Below are positions 43,086 through 53,922 of a stretch of DNA of 64,000 nucleotides, in pieces. Both the position numbers and the translations under genes were made by a program. Under the pieces are notes generated by a model. The model worked only from the letters and a program-made list of their open reading frames with translations, did no database searches and was not told the origin of the DNA. The first letter of the stretch is position 1. The number at the start of each line of letters is the position of its first letter. This DNA comes from Myxococcota bacterium (GTDB taxonomy: Bacteria; Myxococcota_A; UBA9042; PHBI01; JAWLBL01): NCBI GenBank assembly GCA_041687695.1, contig JAWLBL010000024.1, positions 77,147 through 141,146 of the forward strand. Reading direction: 5' to 3'.

Positions 43086-44423
43086 ATGACCCTGTGCGAA
43101 CGCGTGATGGCGGCGCTCGTCGAGCGCGACGACCTGTCCCAGCCGTTGCCGCCCGACCTGGGCGCCCACGTGTCGGGGTGCGAGCGCTGCGCGATGCGCG
43201 CGGCCCATGCGGCGGCCCTGAGCCTGGGGGCGCGCCGCGCCGGGCAGGCGCTCGAGGCCCAGGCCGCCCTGTCACCCAACGCCTGGGCCCGCGTCCGGGC
43301 GCGCGTGGACGAGGCCGCGGAGGCGCGACCGAGCGCGTCGCCCCGGGCCTGGTGGCTGGCGGCGGCGGGCGCCGTGGCCGTGGCGGCGACGCTGTGGGCG
43401 ACCCTCGACGCGCCGTCGTCCGCTCAGCCGTTGGCGCCCAAACCCGAGCTGGCCCAGGCCCCCGCGCCGGTCGCGCCCGAGCCCGCTGCGCCCGCGCCGA
43501 AGCGCCCCCGGCTGGCGACGGCCCTCGCCCCGCTGTCACCGGCGCCGCTGCCCGTTCCCGGCGTAGGCGACGTGCTCGGCGCCGGGCACGAGCAGCGGTG
43601 GGACGCCTTCGGGCGGCACCGGGTCACGCTCGGTCGGGGCGCCCAGGCGACGGTGGTGGCCTGGGACGACGACGGGCTGGTGCTGGACCTCGAGCGCGGG
43701 CGGGTCCGCGCCGACGTGCACCGGGCGCAGCCGGACGAGGTGTTCGAGATCCGGGTCGGCGCGGCGCGGGTGCGCGTGCTGGGGACGGTGTTCGAGGTCG
43801 ACCGCCAGGGAGGCGAGCGAGCGCGGGTCTCGGTCGAGCATGGGCTGGTCTCGGTCGTCGACGGCCGCGGTGACGACCACCGCGTCGCGGCCGGCCAGTC
43901 GCTGACCTTCGAAATCGAGCCCGAAGCGCCGCGCGCGGCCCGACGCGGCGACCGCAAGCCCGTGCTCCCGCGCGTGGCGGCCACGCCTCCCGAGGTCGAG
44001 CGTGCGCCCACGCCGCCCACGCCGGCGCCGACCCAGGCCGCGGTCGAGCGGGTGGTCGAGATCCAGGTGCCCGCGCAGCAGATGCCGCCTCCCGAGGTCG
44101 ACGCGCCGCCCACGCCCGCCACGCCCGCCACGGCCAGCGCGGTCCGCGACCAGCTCATCCGAGTCATCGCCCGCATCCGCGGCGGCGACTGCGCCGGGGC
44201 GCTGCCGCAGCTCAAGGAGATCGCCCGCGTGGCCGGCGGACGCCGCACGCCGCCGGACATCCTGTACCTGATGGGCTGGTGCCACCGCCGCCTGGGCAAC
44301 CGGACCCTCTCGGACGCGTTCTTCGACCGCTACCAACGCCTCGCGCCCGGCGGCCCCTGGGCCCTGCCGTCGGGGCCCGACGTCGAGCTCCCGCTGCCCA
44401 GCGCCGAGCGCCTGTCGCTCTGA
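43086..44423 (+). CDS. Anti-sigma factor: ZAS motif, TM, FecR domain and TPR-like C-terminus
   Basis: HVSGCERC (HxxxCxxC), TM helix, VRVLGTVFEV..VSVEHGLVSV. Confidence 0.82.
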   Translation: MTLCERVMAALVERDDLSQPLPPDLGAHVSGCERCAMRAAHAAALSLGARRAGQALEAQAALSPNAWARVRARVDEAAEARPSASPRAWWLAAAGAVAVAATLWATLDAPSSAQPLAPKPELAQAPAPVAPEPAAPAPKRPRLATALAPLSPAPLPVPGVGDVLGAGHEQRWDAFGRHRVTLGRGAQATVVAWDDDGLVLDLERGRVRADVHRAQPDEVFEIRVGAARVRVLGTVFEVDRQGGERARVSVEHGLVSVVDGRGDDHRVAAGQSLTFEIEPEAPRAARRGDRKPVLPRVAATPPEVERAPTPPTPAPTQAAVERVVEIQVPAQQMPPPEVDAPPTPATPATASAVRDQLIRVIARIRGGDCAGALPQLKEIARVAGGRRTPPDILYLMGWCHRRLGNRTLSDAFFDRYQRLAPGGPWALPSGPDVELPLPSAERLSL

Positions 44424-44488
44424 AGCGGCGCGGCCGTCGCCCCGCTCCGGCGATTGACCCTCGGCGCTCGTCGGGCATGATGCGCCGC

Positions 44489-45247
44489 ATGCAAACCTTG
44501 CCCGGCCCCGCCCTCCCGACCGTCTTCGGCGCCCTGGGCGCGGGTGTCCGCATCGGCCTCACCGACCACCACGTCCGCCGCGTCATGGTGGCCAGCCTGC
44601 TGGTGAACGCCGCCGCGTTCCTGCTGCTGTTCGCGGGCCTGGTCTGGGGCGCCTTCACGCTGACGGCCGCCTGGGCCGACGGCGGCTTCTGGCTCTTCGA
44701 GACCCTCGCCTGGGTCGTCCGCGCCGCGGCCGTCGTCGGCGCGCTGTTCGTCGCCCCGGTGCTGTTCAACCTGCTTGCCGGCGTGGTCCTGCCGCTGTTC
44801 CAGGAGCCCGTCTTCAAGGCCGCGCGCCGCCGCGCCGGCGGCCCCGATCGCGAGCCGCCCGGCGGCGTCTCGGCCACCACCGGCATCGTCGCGACCAGCC
44901 TGCGGCGCCTCGCGCGCTTCGTCGGCCTGTCCCTGCTCCTCTTGCCGCTCAACCTGGTCCCCGGCGTCGGCAGCCTGGCCTACGTCGTGCTGCAGTTCCT
45001 GCTGGGCGCGCACACCCTGGCCTGGGATCTCATGGCCTTCCACTTCGAGCTGCACGGCGTGGCCTACGCCGAGCAGAAGCGCTTCCTCCGCCGCAACCGC
45101 GCGGCGATGCTGGCGCTGGGGTCGGCCGCCCTGGGGCTGTGCCTCGTCCCCATCGCTCAGCTGGTCTTCATCACCACCAACGTCGCCGGGGCCGGCGTCC
45201 TGTCGGCGTGGATGGACGGGGCGCCGCGGCAGCCGCCCGCCGGCTGA
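44489..45247 (+). CDS. EI24/CysZ-like membrane protein
   Basis: About 5 TMs; LNLVPGVG, LAWDLM, LVPIAQL. TTGACC-16-CATGAT just upstream suggests a leaderless start at 44489 (alternative 44477). Confidence 0.75.
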   Translation: MQTLPGPALPTVFGALGAGVRIGLTDHHVRRVMVASLLVNAAAFLLLFAGLVWGAFTLTAAWADGGFWLFETLAWVVRAAAVVGALFVAPVLFNLLAGVVLPLFQEPVFKAARRRAGGPDREPPGGVSATTGIVATSLRRLARFVGLSLLLLPLNLVPGVGSLAYVVLQFLLGAHTLAWDLMAFHFELHGVAYAEQKRFLRRNRAAMLALGSAALGLCLVPIAQLVFITTNVAGAGVLSAWMDGAPRQPPAG

Positions 45248-45250
45248 GGC

Positions 45251-46210
45251 TCACGGGGCCATGCAGTCGTGCCGCTCGCACCAGGCCCGCCAGGCCTCGG
45301 CGTCGGTCAGGCCGGTGGCGCCCGTGATGGCCTGCAGCGTCGCCACCGCCTGTCGCCGGACGCCGGGCGAGCTGTCGTCGAGCAGCCGCATGGCCACCGG
45401 GATGCCGCCCGTGTCCTGCAGCCTCGCCATCGTCTTGAGCGCCTCGTAGCGCACGAACCGGCCCGGGTGCTGTCCGGCCAGACGCGCCGCCGGCAACGCG
45501 GCCGACAGCCGCCAGTCGCGGACGATCTCGAGCGCCAGCGCGTAGACCGCCGGGTTGAGGCGCGCCAGCTCCTCGGGGCCGCCGTCCAGGAACGCCAGCA
45601 GCTCGGCACGGCGCGCGTCCGAGGCCTCGCGGAAGCCCGGCGCCGCGCGATCGGCGAGGCGGTCCTGGGCGTAGAGCAGGGCGCCCACGACCGCGGCGTT
45701 GGGCCGCTCGGCCGCGCGGGCCCGCGCGAGCGCCGCGTCGACGGCCGGCCGGGCTTCGGGCAGGGCCAGGCGCCCCAGCGCGTGCGCGGCGCGCGCGGCG
45801 TACTCCCAGCGCGGCTGGTCGAGCAGCTCGACCAGGGTCGGGATCGCCCGCGGGTCGTCGAGCTGCCCGAGCAGCTCGATGAGGAAGCCGATCCACGGGG
45901 CGTCGCGGGGACCGCGCTCGGCCAGCGCCTGCGCCACCAGCGGCGTCGCGGCGTGCCCGGCCGACAGCAGCGTCGTCGTGGCCGGACACCCCGAGACGCG
46001 GTTGCACTTGGGCCTCGAGCGCATCTCGCGAAGGGCCTCGGTCAAGACCGGGTCCGGCGGCGAGGGCGCCGGGGCCTCGGCGACGGTGGCCGCTCCGGCG
46101 GCGGGCGAGGGGGACGCCGTCGTCGCTTCGGCCGGCCGCGGCGGCGGGGACGACGGCTCGGGGCGGCCGCACGCGGCCAGCAGCGCCAGGCTAAGGAGCG
46201 CAGTGGCCCA
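45251..46210 (-). CDS. HEAT-repeat (lipo)protein, start uncertain
   Basis: LLAAC lipobox-like motif, Pro-rich linker, HEAT units (DPRAIPTLVELL, LLDDSSPGVRRQAV). Confidence 0.7.
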   Translation of the reverse strand, partial: WATALLSLALLAACGRPEPSSPPPRPAEATTASPSPAAGAATVAEAPAPSPPDPVLTEALREMRSRPKCNRVSGCPATTTLLSAGHAATPLVAQALAERGPRDAPWIGFLIELLGQLDDPRAIPTLVELLDQPRWEYAARAAHALGRLALPEARPAVDAALARARAAERPNAAVVGALLYAQDRLADRAAPGFREASDARRAELLAFLDGGPEELARLNPAVYALALEIVRDWRLSAALPAARLAGQHPGRFVRYEALKTMARLQDTGGIPVAMRLLDDSSPGVRRQAVATLQAITGATGLTDAEAWRAWCERHDCMAP

Positions 46211-46991
46211 TGTGGTATAGCGTGCCGACGCCCCCCGGGTGCTCGCTCGGGAGGTAGGTCCCCCAGACGATGTAACGGCGGCCGGGCTGCATCGGGGCGC
46301 AGGTGATCCCGCAGTTGCTGCCGGCGCAGGCGACGGTCTCGGTTCGAATGGGAAGGGCAACGCTGACTCCGAGGCTCGGATCGACGACCTGCACGCGCAA
46401 GCTGCCGGTGCACGCCTTGCAGCAGGGCGTGGTCGGGTCACAGGTCGGGCCCTTGCAACTGTATTCCATCTCGACGAGCCCATCGACCTTCAGCGGACCG
46501 GCGCCGGCCAGCGCGAGCAGGCTGGCGGGGGTGACGGCCTGGGCGTTGCAGGCGGCGAGGCCCGGCGGCAGCGACAGCTCGCCCAGGCGGCAGATCCCGT
46601 CGCGGGCCGGGACGGGGTGCAGGCGCGACTGCACGCAGGTGTACCCGTCGGGGCAGGCCAGCCCGTCGGCGCACGAGATGTCCCAGGTGGCGCAGCGGTC
46701 GGGCGCCTCGACCGGGTCGCAGCAGAGCGTGTCCTTCACCCCCTCGGCGCAGGCCCAGCGGCCCAGCTTGCAGGTCGCTTCGCCCAGGGCGACGCCGTCG
46801 CGGCACGCGCTGAGGCAGGTCGGGGCCTCGCCCGCGCAGCGCGAGTCCTCGGCCGCGACCGCCTCGGGCAGCGGGGCCGGCTCGGGCGCGGACAGGATGG
46901 CTGGGACGGCGGCGGGGTCGGCGTCGGCGCAGGCGACGGCGAGTGCTGCGAGCAGCGCGCCGAGGGGCCAGGCCCGGGCGGAGCGTGGCAT
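46191..46991 (-). CDS. Cys-rich lipoprotein
   Basis: LAVAC lipobox; many cysteines. Confidence 0.75.
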   Translation of the reverse strand: MPRSARAWPLGALLAALAVACADADPAAVPAILSAPEPAPLPEAVAAEDSRCAGEAPTCLSACRDGVALGEATCKLGRWACAEGVKDTLCCDPVEAPDRCATWDISCADGLACPDGYTCVQSRLHPVPARDGICRLGELSLPPGLAACNAQAVTPASLLALAGAGPLKVDGLVEMEYSCKGPTCDPTTPCCKACTGSLRVQVVDPSLGVSVALPIRTETVACAGSNCGITCAPMQPGRRYIVWGTYLPSEHPGGVGTLYHMGHCAP

Positions 46992-48243
46992 GGCGGTACC
47001 GTGGGGGCCGGGAGGGGCAGCCGCTGAGGCGTCGCGTCGGCCGGCCGTGGGGGACGGCGGCTGCGCGGCGCGCGGGCTGGGGGGAGGTGCCCAACAACGT
47101 AAGCGCCTGGGAGGGTCCGGGAACCCCTGGCGCGCCGGGGCGGCGGCGTTGCTTGGGATGCTGGCGCTGGCGGCGTGCGCGGGCGCGCCCGGACCCGTGC
47201 GCACGATGCAGGACGTCCTCGGCGACGATCATGGCCCGGGGACGTACCTGCCTCCTACTGGCGAGCCCTACTCGCGCGGCGGCTTCGATCTGAAGGCGCT
47301 GACGCTGGCGGTCGTCGGCGACGATCTGGTGATCACGGCCGAGCTGGCACGCCCGGTGCCGATCGCGCGCAGCGTGCGGACCACCACCGAGGGGGCTATG
47401 GACCTGTTCCTGCCCACGGTGGACGTGTACCTGGATCTGGACCTGGTGGCCGGCTCGGGCGAGCGAGAGGGGCTGGTGGGCCGGCGTGTGCGGCTGGCGG
47501 ACGAGGCGGGCTGGGAGGTGGCGCTGGTGCTGAGCCCGGCGCCGGGGCTGGCGCGGCGCGTGCTGGGGGCGGGGCGGTCGGACGTCGTCGTGGCCGAGGG
47601 CGCGCGGGCGCGTGGGGCGACGTTGAGCGGGCGGGTGCCGGCGTCGGTGCTGCGAGGGCGCGGGCTGGAGCAGGTGGGCGTGGCGGCCGCGGTGACGGCG
47701 ACGGTGGTGTCGTCGACCTTTCGCGATCTGGTGCCGGGGGCGGCGGCGACGGGGCTGGCGCGTGAGATCACGGCCGAGCCGGGGCAGTGCGGGGCCTGGG
47801 AGGAGCTGCCCGACGGGACGCCGTGCACCTTCGGCGGCTGCGCCCCGTGCGGGGAGCACCCGCGGGTGCTGGACGCGCTGCATCCTCAGCCCGGTGAGCA
47901 GGAGCAGCGGCTGGGGCGCTACGTGCGGGGGGAGGTGGCCGAGCTGCCGATCGTGCTGCCGCCGGCGCGGGCGGAGGTGGGGCTGAGCCGGCCCAAGGCG
48001 CCCGCAGTGGACCGGGCCGAGGTCGTCGATCGCAAGGGGGCGTTGGTCACGGCCCGAGGCGAGCCGGCGCGCATGGCGGGGCTGCGCGAGGGGCAGCTGC
48101 TCGATGGCTTGAACGCGGCCGGCGAGGTGGTCGCGACCCTGATGGTCCTGTCGAGCGGGCCCGAGGGGCTGGCCGTGCTGCGGGTCGTGTCGGGCGGCGG
48201 CGCGGCGTCGGGGACCGCGATCGTGCACGTCGCGCTGCCCTGA
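46990..48243 (+). CDS. Lipoprotein with glucodextranase DOMON-like domain (start uncertain; may be near 47150)
   Basis: LAAC, DVLGDDHGPGTYLPPT..FDL, VDVYLDLD..GWEVAL. Confidence 0.7.
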   Translation: MAVPWGPGGAAAEASRRPAVGDGGCAARGLGGGAQQRKRLGGSGNPWRAGAAALLGMLALAACAGAPGPVRTMQDVLGDDHGPGTYLPPTGEPYSRGGFDLKALTLAVVGDDLVITAELARPVPIARSVRTTTEGAMDLFLPTVDVYLDLDLVAGSGEREGLVGRRVRLADEAGWEVALVLSPAPGLARRVLGAGRSDVVVAEGARARGATLSGRVPASVLRGRGLEQVGVAAAVTATVVSSTFRDLVPGAAATGLAREITAEPGQCGAWEELPDGTPCTFGGCAPCGEHPRVLDALHPQPGEQEQRLGRYVRGEVAELPIVLPPARAEVGLSRPKAPAVDRAEVVDRKGALVTARGEPARMAGLREGQLLDGLNAAGEVVATLMVLSSGPEGLAVLRVVSGGGAASGTAIVHVALP

Positions 48244-48298
48244 GGCACGATCGACGCCGTCCCCACTCCACCGCGGTCGCATCCCAACGAGGTCCCCC

Positions 48299-48970
48299 AT
48301 GACCCTCGCCGTGCGCTTCGTCGCCGCCCTGGCGCTCACCACCGCGCTGCCTCTCGCCAGCTGCGGGACCACGCGCGTCGTCCCCTACGAGCCCCCCGAG
48401 CTGGTCAACCCGGACGCCGCCTGCGCGCCCGCGCCCCCCGAGGGCACGCCCCAGCCCGCCGTCGCCGTCCCGGCGCCGGGCGGCCCCGTCGAGCCGCGGC
48501 CCCCGGTCGAGGTGGCCTTGCCCGACGACTTCGCCGGCACGGTCGGCGCGACCTCCGTCGACCGCCCGAACGTCCGCGCCAGCGCGCTCAGCGGCATCCG
48601 GAGCGGCGGCCACCAGGGCTTCGATCGGCTGGTGTTCGACTTCGCGGGCCCCGAGGTGCCCGGCTACCACGTCGAGTACGTCGACCAGCCGCAGTACCGC
48701 TGCGGCACGCGCGAGCCGGTGCGCGTCGCCGGCGACGGGGCGCTGCTCGTCCGCGTCTCGCCGTCCGAGATCCGCGTCGACGCGGGCGAGGCCGGCCTGC
48801 TGGCCTGTCAGCGCGATCTGTCGCTGACGCTGCTGCGCGAGATCGAGCTCGTCTGCAACCGCGACGGGCAGGTCGCGGTGCTGGTCGGGATGCGTTCGCC
48901 CAACCCGTATCGGGTGGTCGAGCTGAAGGAGCCGAGCCGGCTCGTCATCGACGTCCGCCAGCAGCGCTGA
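48299..48970 (+). CDS. Lipoprotein with AMIN-like domain
   Basis: LASC lipobox; IRSGGHQGFDRLVFDF, PGYHVEYV, PSRLVIDV. Confidence 0.75.
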   Translation: MTLAVRFVAALALTTALPLASCGTTRVVPYEPPELVNPDAACAPAPPEGTPQPAVAVPAPGGPVEPRPPVEVALPDDFAGTVGATSVDRPNVRASALSGIRSGGHQGFDRLVFDFAGPEVPGYHVEYVDQPQYRCGTREPVRVAGDGALLVRVSPSEIRVDAGEAGLLACQRDLSLTLLREIELVCNRDGQVAVLVGMRSPNPYRVVELKEPSRLVIDVRQQR

Positions 48971-49005
48971 GGCCGGCGGCCGGGCAGGCGTCGCGCCGGC
49001 CGCGG

Positions 49006-50184
49006 TCAGCGCAGCCGGTCGACCCGGGACAGGTCGCGCGCCATGTTCTTCTGGTGCGCCTCGAGGGTGCCGCCGCCGATCTCGAGCAGCTTCGCGTCGC
49101 GCCACAGGCGCTCGACGACGTACTCGCCGACGTAGCCGTAGCCGCCCAGGACCTGGATCGCCCGGTCGGCCACGTTCTTGCCCATGGTCGAGCAGTAGAG
49201 CTTCACGCCGTCGGAGTCGACGCGGTTGCCGTAGCTGGCGAGATCCATGGCGCCGGCGGTCGCGTAGACGTAGGTGCGGCCGGCCATGTACTCGGCGTAC
49301 GAGTCGGCGATGTAGCGCTGGATCTGGCCGAAGGCGTGCAGCGGCTGGCCGAAGGCCTCGCGCTCGCGGGCGTAGCGGTTCATGACGTCGATGGAGCGGC
49401 GGGCGATGCCCAGGCTCATGGCGGCCAGGGTCAGGCGCTCGAGCTCCAGGTTGCGCATCATGTGCTTGACGGCCTGCCCGACGCTGCCGACCAGGTTGCG
49501 CGCCGGGACCTCGCAGTCCTCGAAGACCAGCTCGGCGGTCGTCGAGGCGCGCATTCCCAGCTTGTCCTTGATCTTCTGGCCCAGCTTGAAGCCCGGCGCG
49601 CCCTTCTCGACCAGGAACAGCGACAGGCTCTTGGGCCCGGCCTCGGGGGTGCGGGCGTAGACCAGGAAGACGTCGCCCAGCTCGGTGTCGCTGACGGCGC
49701 CGTTGGTGATCCACATCTTGGCGCCGTTGAGGATCCACGTCTCGCCGCGCTGCACGGCCGTGGTGCGCATCCCCAGCACGTCGGTGCCGACCGCCGGCTC
49801 GCTCATGCACATGCCGCCGATGGCCCGCCCGTCGCACGAGGGCGGCAGCAGGCGCAGGCGCTGCTCGTCGTTGCCGTTCTGCGCCAGGTTGTTGGCGAAC
49901 AGCATGCTGTGGGCCAGGTAGCTGAGCGTGAACGCCGGGTCGCTGTAGGCCAGCTCCTCGTGGGCGATGACGGCCGCGACCGCGTCCATCCCGGCGCCGC
50001 CGAAGCGCTCGTCGACCGTGATGCCCAACAGGCCCAGCTCGCCCAGCTTGCGGAACAGGGCCAGGTTGAACCGCTCGTCCCGGTCGTGCGCCGCCGCCTG
50101 CGGCTCGACCTCGCGCGCCGTGAAGTCGCGGATCATCTCGCGCAGGGCCAGGTGCTCGGCGGTGGGGTTGAACAGATCGGTCAT
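49006..50184 (-). CDS. Acyl-CoA dehydrogenase (isovaleryl-CoA dehydrogenase-like)
   Basis: MSEPAVGTD, NGAKMWITNG, KLGMRAS, IQVLGGYGY, RDAKLLEIGGGT. Confidence 0.95.
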   Translation of the reverse strand: MTDLFNPTAEHLALREMIRDFTAREVEPQAAAHDRDERFNLALFRKLGELGLLGITVDERFGGAGMDAVAAVIAHEELAYSDPAFTLSYLAHSMLFANNLAQNGNDEQRLRLLPPSCDGRAIGGMCMSEPAVGTDVLGMRTTAVQRGETWILNGAKMWITNGAVSDTELGDVFLVYARTPEAGPKSLSLFLVEKGAPGFKLGQKIKDKLGMRASTTAELVFEDCEVPARNLVGSVGQAVKHMMRNLELERLTLAAMSLGIARRSIDVMNRYAREREAFGQPLHAFGQIQRYIADSYAEYMAGRTYVYATAGAMDLASYGNRVDSDGVKLYCSTMGKNVADRAIQVLGGYGYVGEYVVERLWRDAKLLEIGGGTLEAHQKNMARDLSRVDRLR

Positions 50185-50282
50185 GGCGGCGGCTCCTTGC
50201 TTCGATTCGGGAGGCGCAACTTATTCGCCCCGCGCGGGCGAGACAAGCGCGGCGGCGGGCGTGGGCGCGGCCGTCCGCGAGG

Positions 50283-50927
50283 TCAGAAGAACAGGCCCAG
50301 GGCCGTGCCGATTTCGAACGTGAACCGGTCGCGGCGCTGCTCGAGCTCCGAGTCGACGACCTCGAGCGAGAGCTTGCTCCAGACCAGGTCCAGGCCCAGC
50401 TGGAGGAAGCCGCCGGTGGCCACGCCGACGGGGATCGTCAGGCCGCCGCCGAGGCCGTAGACGACGCCGGAGCCGGAGATCTCGACGGTGTCGCCGAAGT
50501 CCCACTGGGACTCGGAGCTGACGCTGACCACGCCGAGCTGCGCCCGGAGGTAGGGCATGAACGAGCTGCCCAGGCCGAAGTAGTAGCTCGGGATGACGTG
50601 CAGCCCGACGGTGTTGGTGTTCCGGCTCACGATCGTGTCGCCGGAGTAGTCCTCCTCGCCCTCGGCCTCGAGGGTCAGGGCGCCGGCCAGCAGGAAGCCG
50701 TCGGTCACGAAGTGGCCGATGAGGGGGCCGAAGCGTACGCGGGCGGAGGAGACCGACGTCTCGTCGTCCCCGAACACCCCGTCGGTCGCGATGTCGTCGC
50801 TGTTGGCGCTCAGTCCAGCGGACCCACCGAGCACGGTCGTCCCGGCGAGGCCGAACCCATGGGCGCCAGCCTGGGGGGAGAGGGTGGAGAGCGCCGCCAC
50901 CGAGGCGACCACGAGTGCAATGCGCAT
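50283..50927 (-). CDS. Outer-membrane beta-barrel protein
   Basis: Signal peptide, amphipathic beta strands, terminal Phe. Confidence 0.8.
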   Translation of the reverse strand: MRIALVVASVAALSTLSPQAGAHGFGLAGTTVLGGSAGLSANSDDIATDGVFGDDETSVSSARVRFGPLIGHFVTDGFLLAGALTLEAEGEEDYSGDTIVSRNTNTVGLHVIPSYYFGLGSSFMPYLRAQLGVVSVSSESQWDFGDTVEISGSGVVYGLGGGLTIPVGVATGGFLQLGLDLVWSKLSLEVVDSELEQRRDRFTFEIGTALGLFF

Positions 50928-51065
50928 GAGAGAGACACCTATCGTTTCGTGTTCCGTCGCGGCCGCGAGCGAAGGCTGGGCCATCTCGCGCTCGTTCCCA
51001 TCCCCCAGCGCGATGGTCAAGCCCTTTGTCGGCGCCGAATGTGACCGGCCCCGGGCCCCCCGCGG

Positions 51066-51349
51066 TGGGGGGCTGACCTCGTTTGGCGAGGCCTTGGGGC
51101 TCGTTCCGTGGGGTTCGGACCTCGTTGGGCGAGGCCTTGGGGCTGCTTGGGTGGGGGGCTGACCTCGTTCGGCGAGGCCTTGGGGCTCCCTGGGTGGGGT
51201 TCGGACCTCGTTCGGCGAGGCCTTGGGGCTGCTTGGCTGGCGTTCGGACCTCGTTCGGCGAGGCCTTGGGGCTGCTTGGGTGGGGTTCGGACCTCGCTTG
51301 GCGAGGCCTTGGGGCTGCCTGGGTGGGGTTCGGACCCCGTTCGGCGAGG
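51066..51349. repeat. Intergenic 43-bp tandem repeat, about 6.6 copies
   Basis: GACC(T/C)CG at 51075, 51118, 51161, 51204, 51247, 51290, 51333. Confidence 0.95.
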
Positions 51350-51481
51350 GGGATGTCGGTCGGTGGGGTAGGGACGCGTTGGGGCCGGGCCCGGACCGGG
51401 CCGGCTCGACCTCACCCAACCTCTGGGGTCGACTGGCGAAATCGGTTTCGGTGTGCTTGGATGCGCGGGCTGGAGGGTGCG

Positions 51482-52608
<1,127 letters not shown>

Positions 52609-52612
<4 letters not shown>

Positions 52613-53910
52613 AGATCAGGCTGGGAGCGATCGCGCTGGCGGCGGCGCTGGCGCTGGGCGCGTGTGACAAGAAGGAGGCCGAGGCGCCGAAGCCGGCCGA
52701 GGCGCCGAGCGCCAGCGTCGCCAAGGGCGCCGAGCCGGGCAAGCCCGCGGCCGAGGCCCCCAAGCCCGAGGCGCCCAGGGAGACCGTCGAGGTCGTCCTG
52801 TGGCACGCCTACCGGGCCGGCGAGAAGGACGCGCTCGAGCAGGTCGTCGCCGACTACAACGCCGCGCAGCAGGAGGTCGCGGTTCGGCTGCAGGCCGTGC
52901 CCTACGACCCCTTCGTCGACAAGGTGCGCATCACGGTCCCGCGCGGGCAGGGGCCGGATCTGTTCATCTTCGCGCACAACATGATCGGCAGCTGGGTCGA
53001 GGAGGGCGTGCTCGAGCCGCTGAGCGGACACGTGTCGCCCGAGACGCTCGAGCAGTTCACGCCGCAGTCGGTCAAGGCGCTGGTCTACCAGCAGAACCTG
53101 TACGGGCTGCCGCTGGCCTTCAAGTCGCTGGCCCTGTTCTGGAACAAGGCCCTCATGCCCGAGGCGCCCGCCACCATGGAGGCCCTGCTCGAGGCGGTCA
53201 CCAAGGTCCAAAAGCCCGACGACGGCCTGCACGGCCTCGTCTACGACGCGGGGCTGCTCTACAACCACGCGGTCTGGATCCACGCCTTCGGCGGCCGCGT
53301 CTTCGACGAGCAGCACCAGCCGGCCTTCGCGACGCCCGAGCAGGAAAAGGCGCTTGCGTTTGTAAAGGGTCTTTACACCCAGCACGAGGTCCTGCCCAAG
53401 GGCATGAACGGCTTCATGGTCACCAGCCTGTTCAACGACGGCAAGGCGGTCGCCGTGCTGAACGGGCCGTGGTTCCGGGCCGAGATCAAGGCGGGCCTCG
53501 ACTACGGCGTGGCGACCATCCCGACGGTCGAGGGGCGGGCGCCGGCGCCGCTGCTGGGCATCGAGGCGGTCTTCGTCTCGAAGACCAGCGCGAAGAAGGA
53601 GGCTGCGGTGAAGGCGGCGCTGCATCTGGCGGGCGCGGCGTCGGCCAAGGTCCGGCTCGAGGTGGGCAAGCAGCCGGTCGCGCACGCCGAGGCGCTGGCC
53701 GCCGGGGCCGCGGCCGACCCGGTGATGGAGGTCTTCCGCAAGCAGGCCGAGGTCGCGGTCATCATGGACGCCAGCCCCGAGATGCAGCTGGTCTGGTCCG
53801 CGGCCGACATGGCCATCAACGGCGTCATCTTCGGCGACAAGGACGCCAAGGACGCGCTGGCGCGGGCGCAGGCGAAGATGGTGGAAGACATCGGCAAGCG
53901 CGGGCGCTGA
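52609..53910 (+). CDS. Sugar ABC transporter solute-binding lipoprotein (MalE-like)
   Basis: LGAC lipobox; [20 protein letters not shown]. Confidence 0.92.
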
Positions 53911-53922
53911 GGAAGGCCCCGC

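Noticed and set aside
51066..51349. CRISPR array
   Set aside because: The 16-bp variable parts are near-copies of each other rather than unique spacers, the period is too short, and no cas genes are present.
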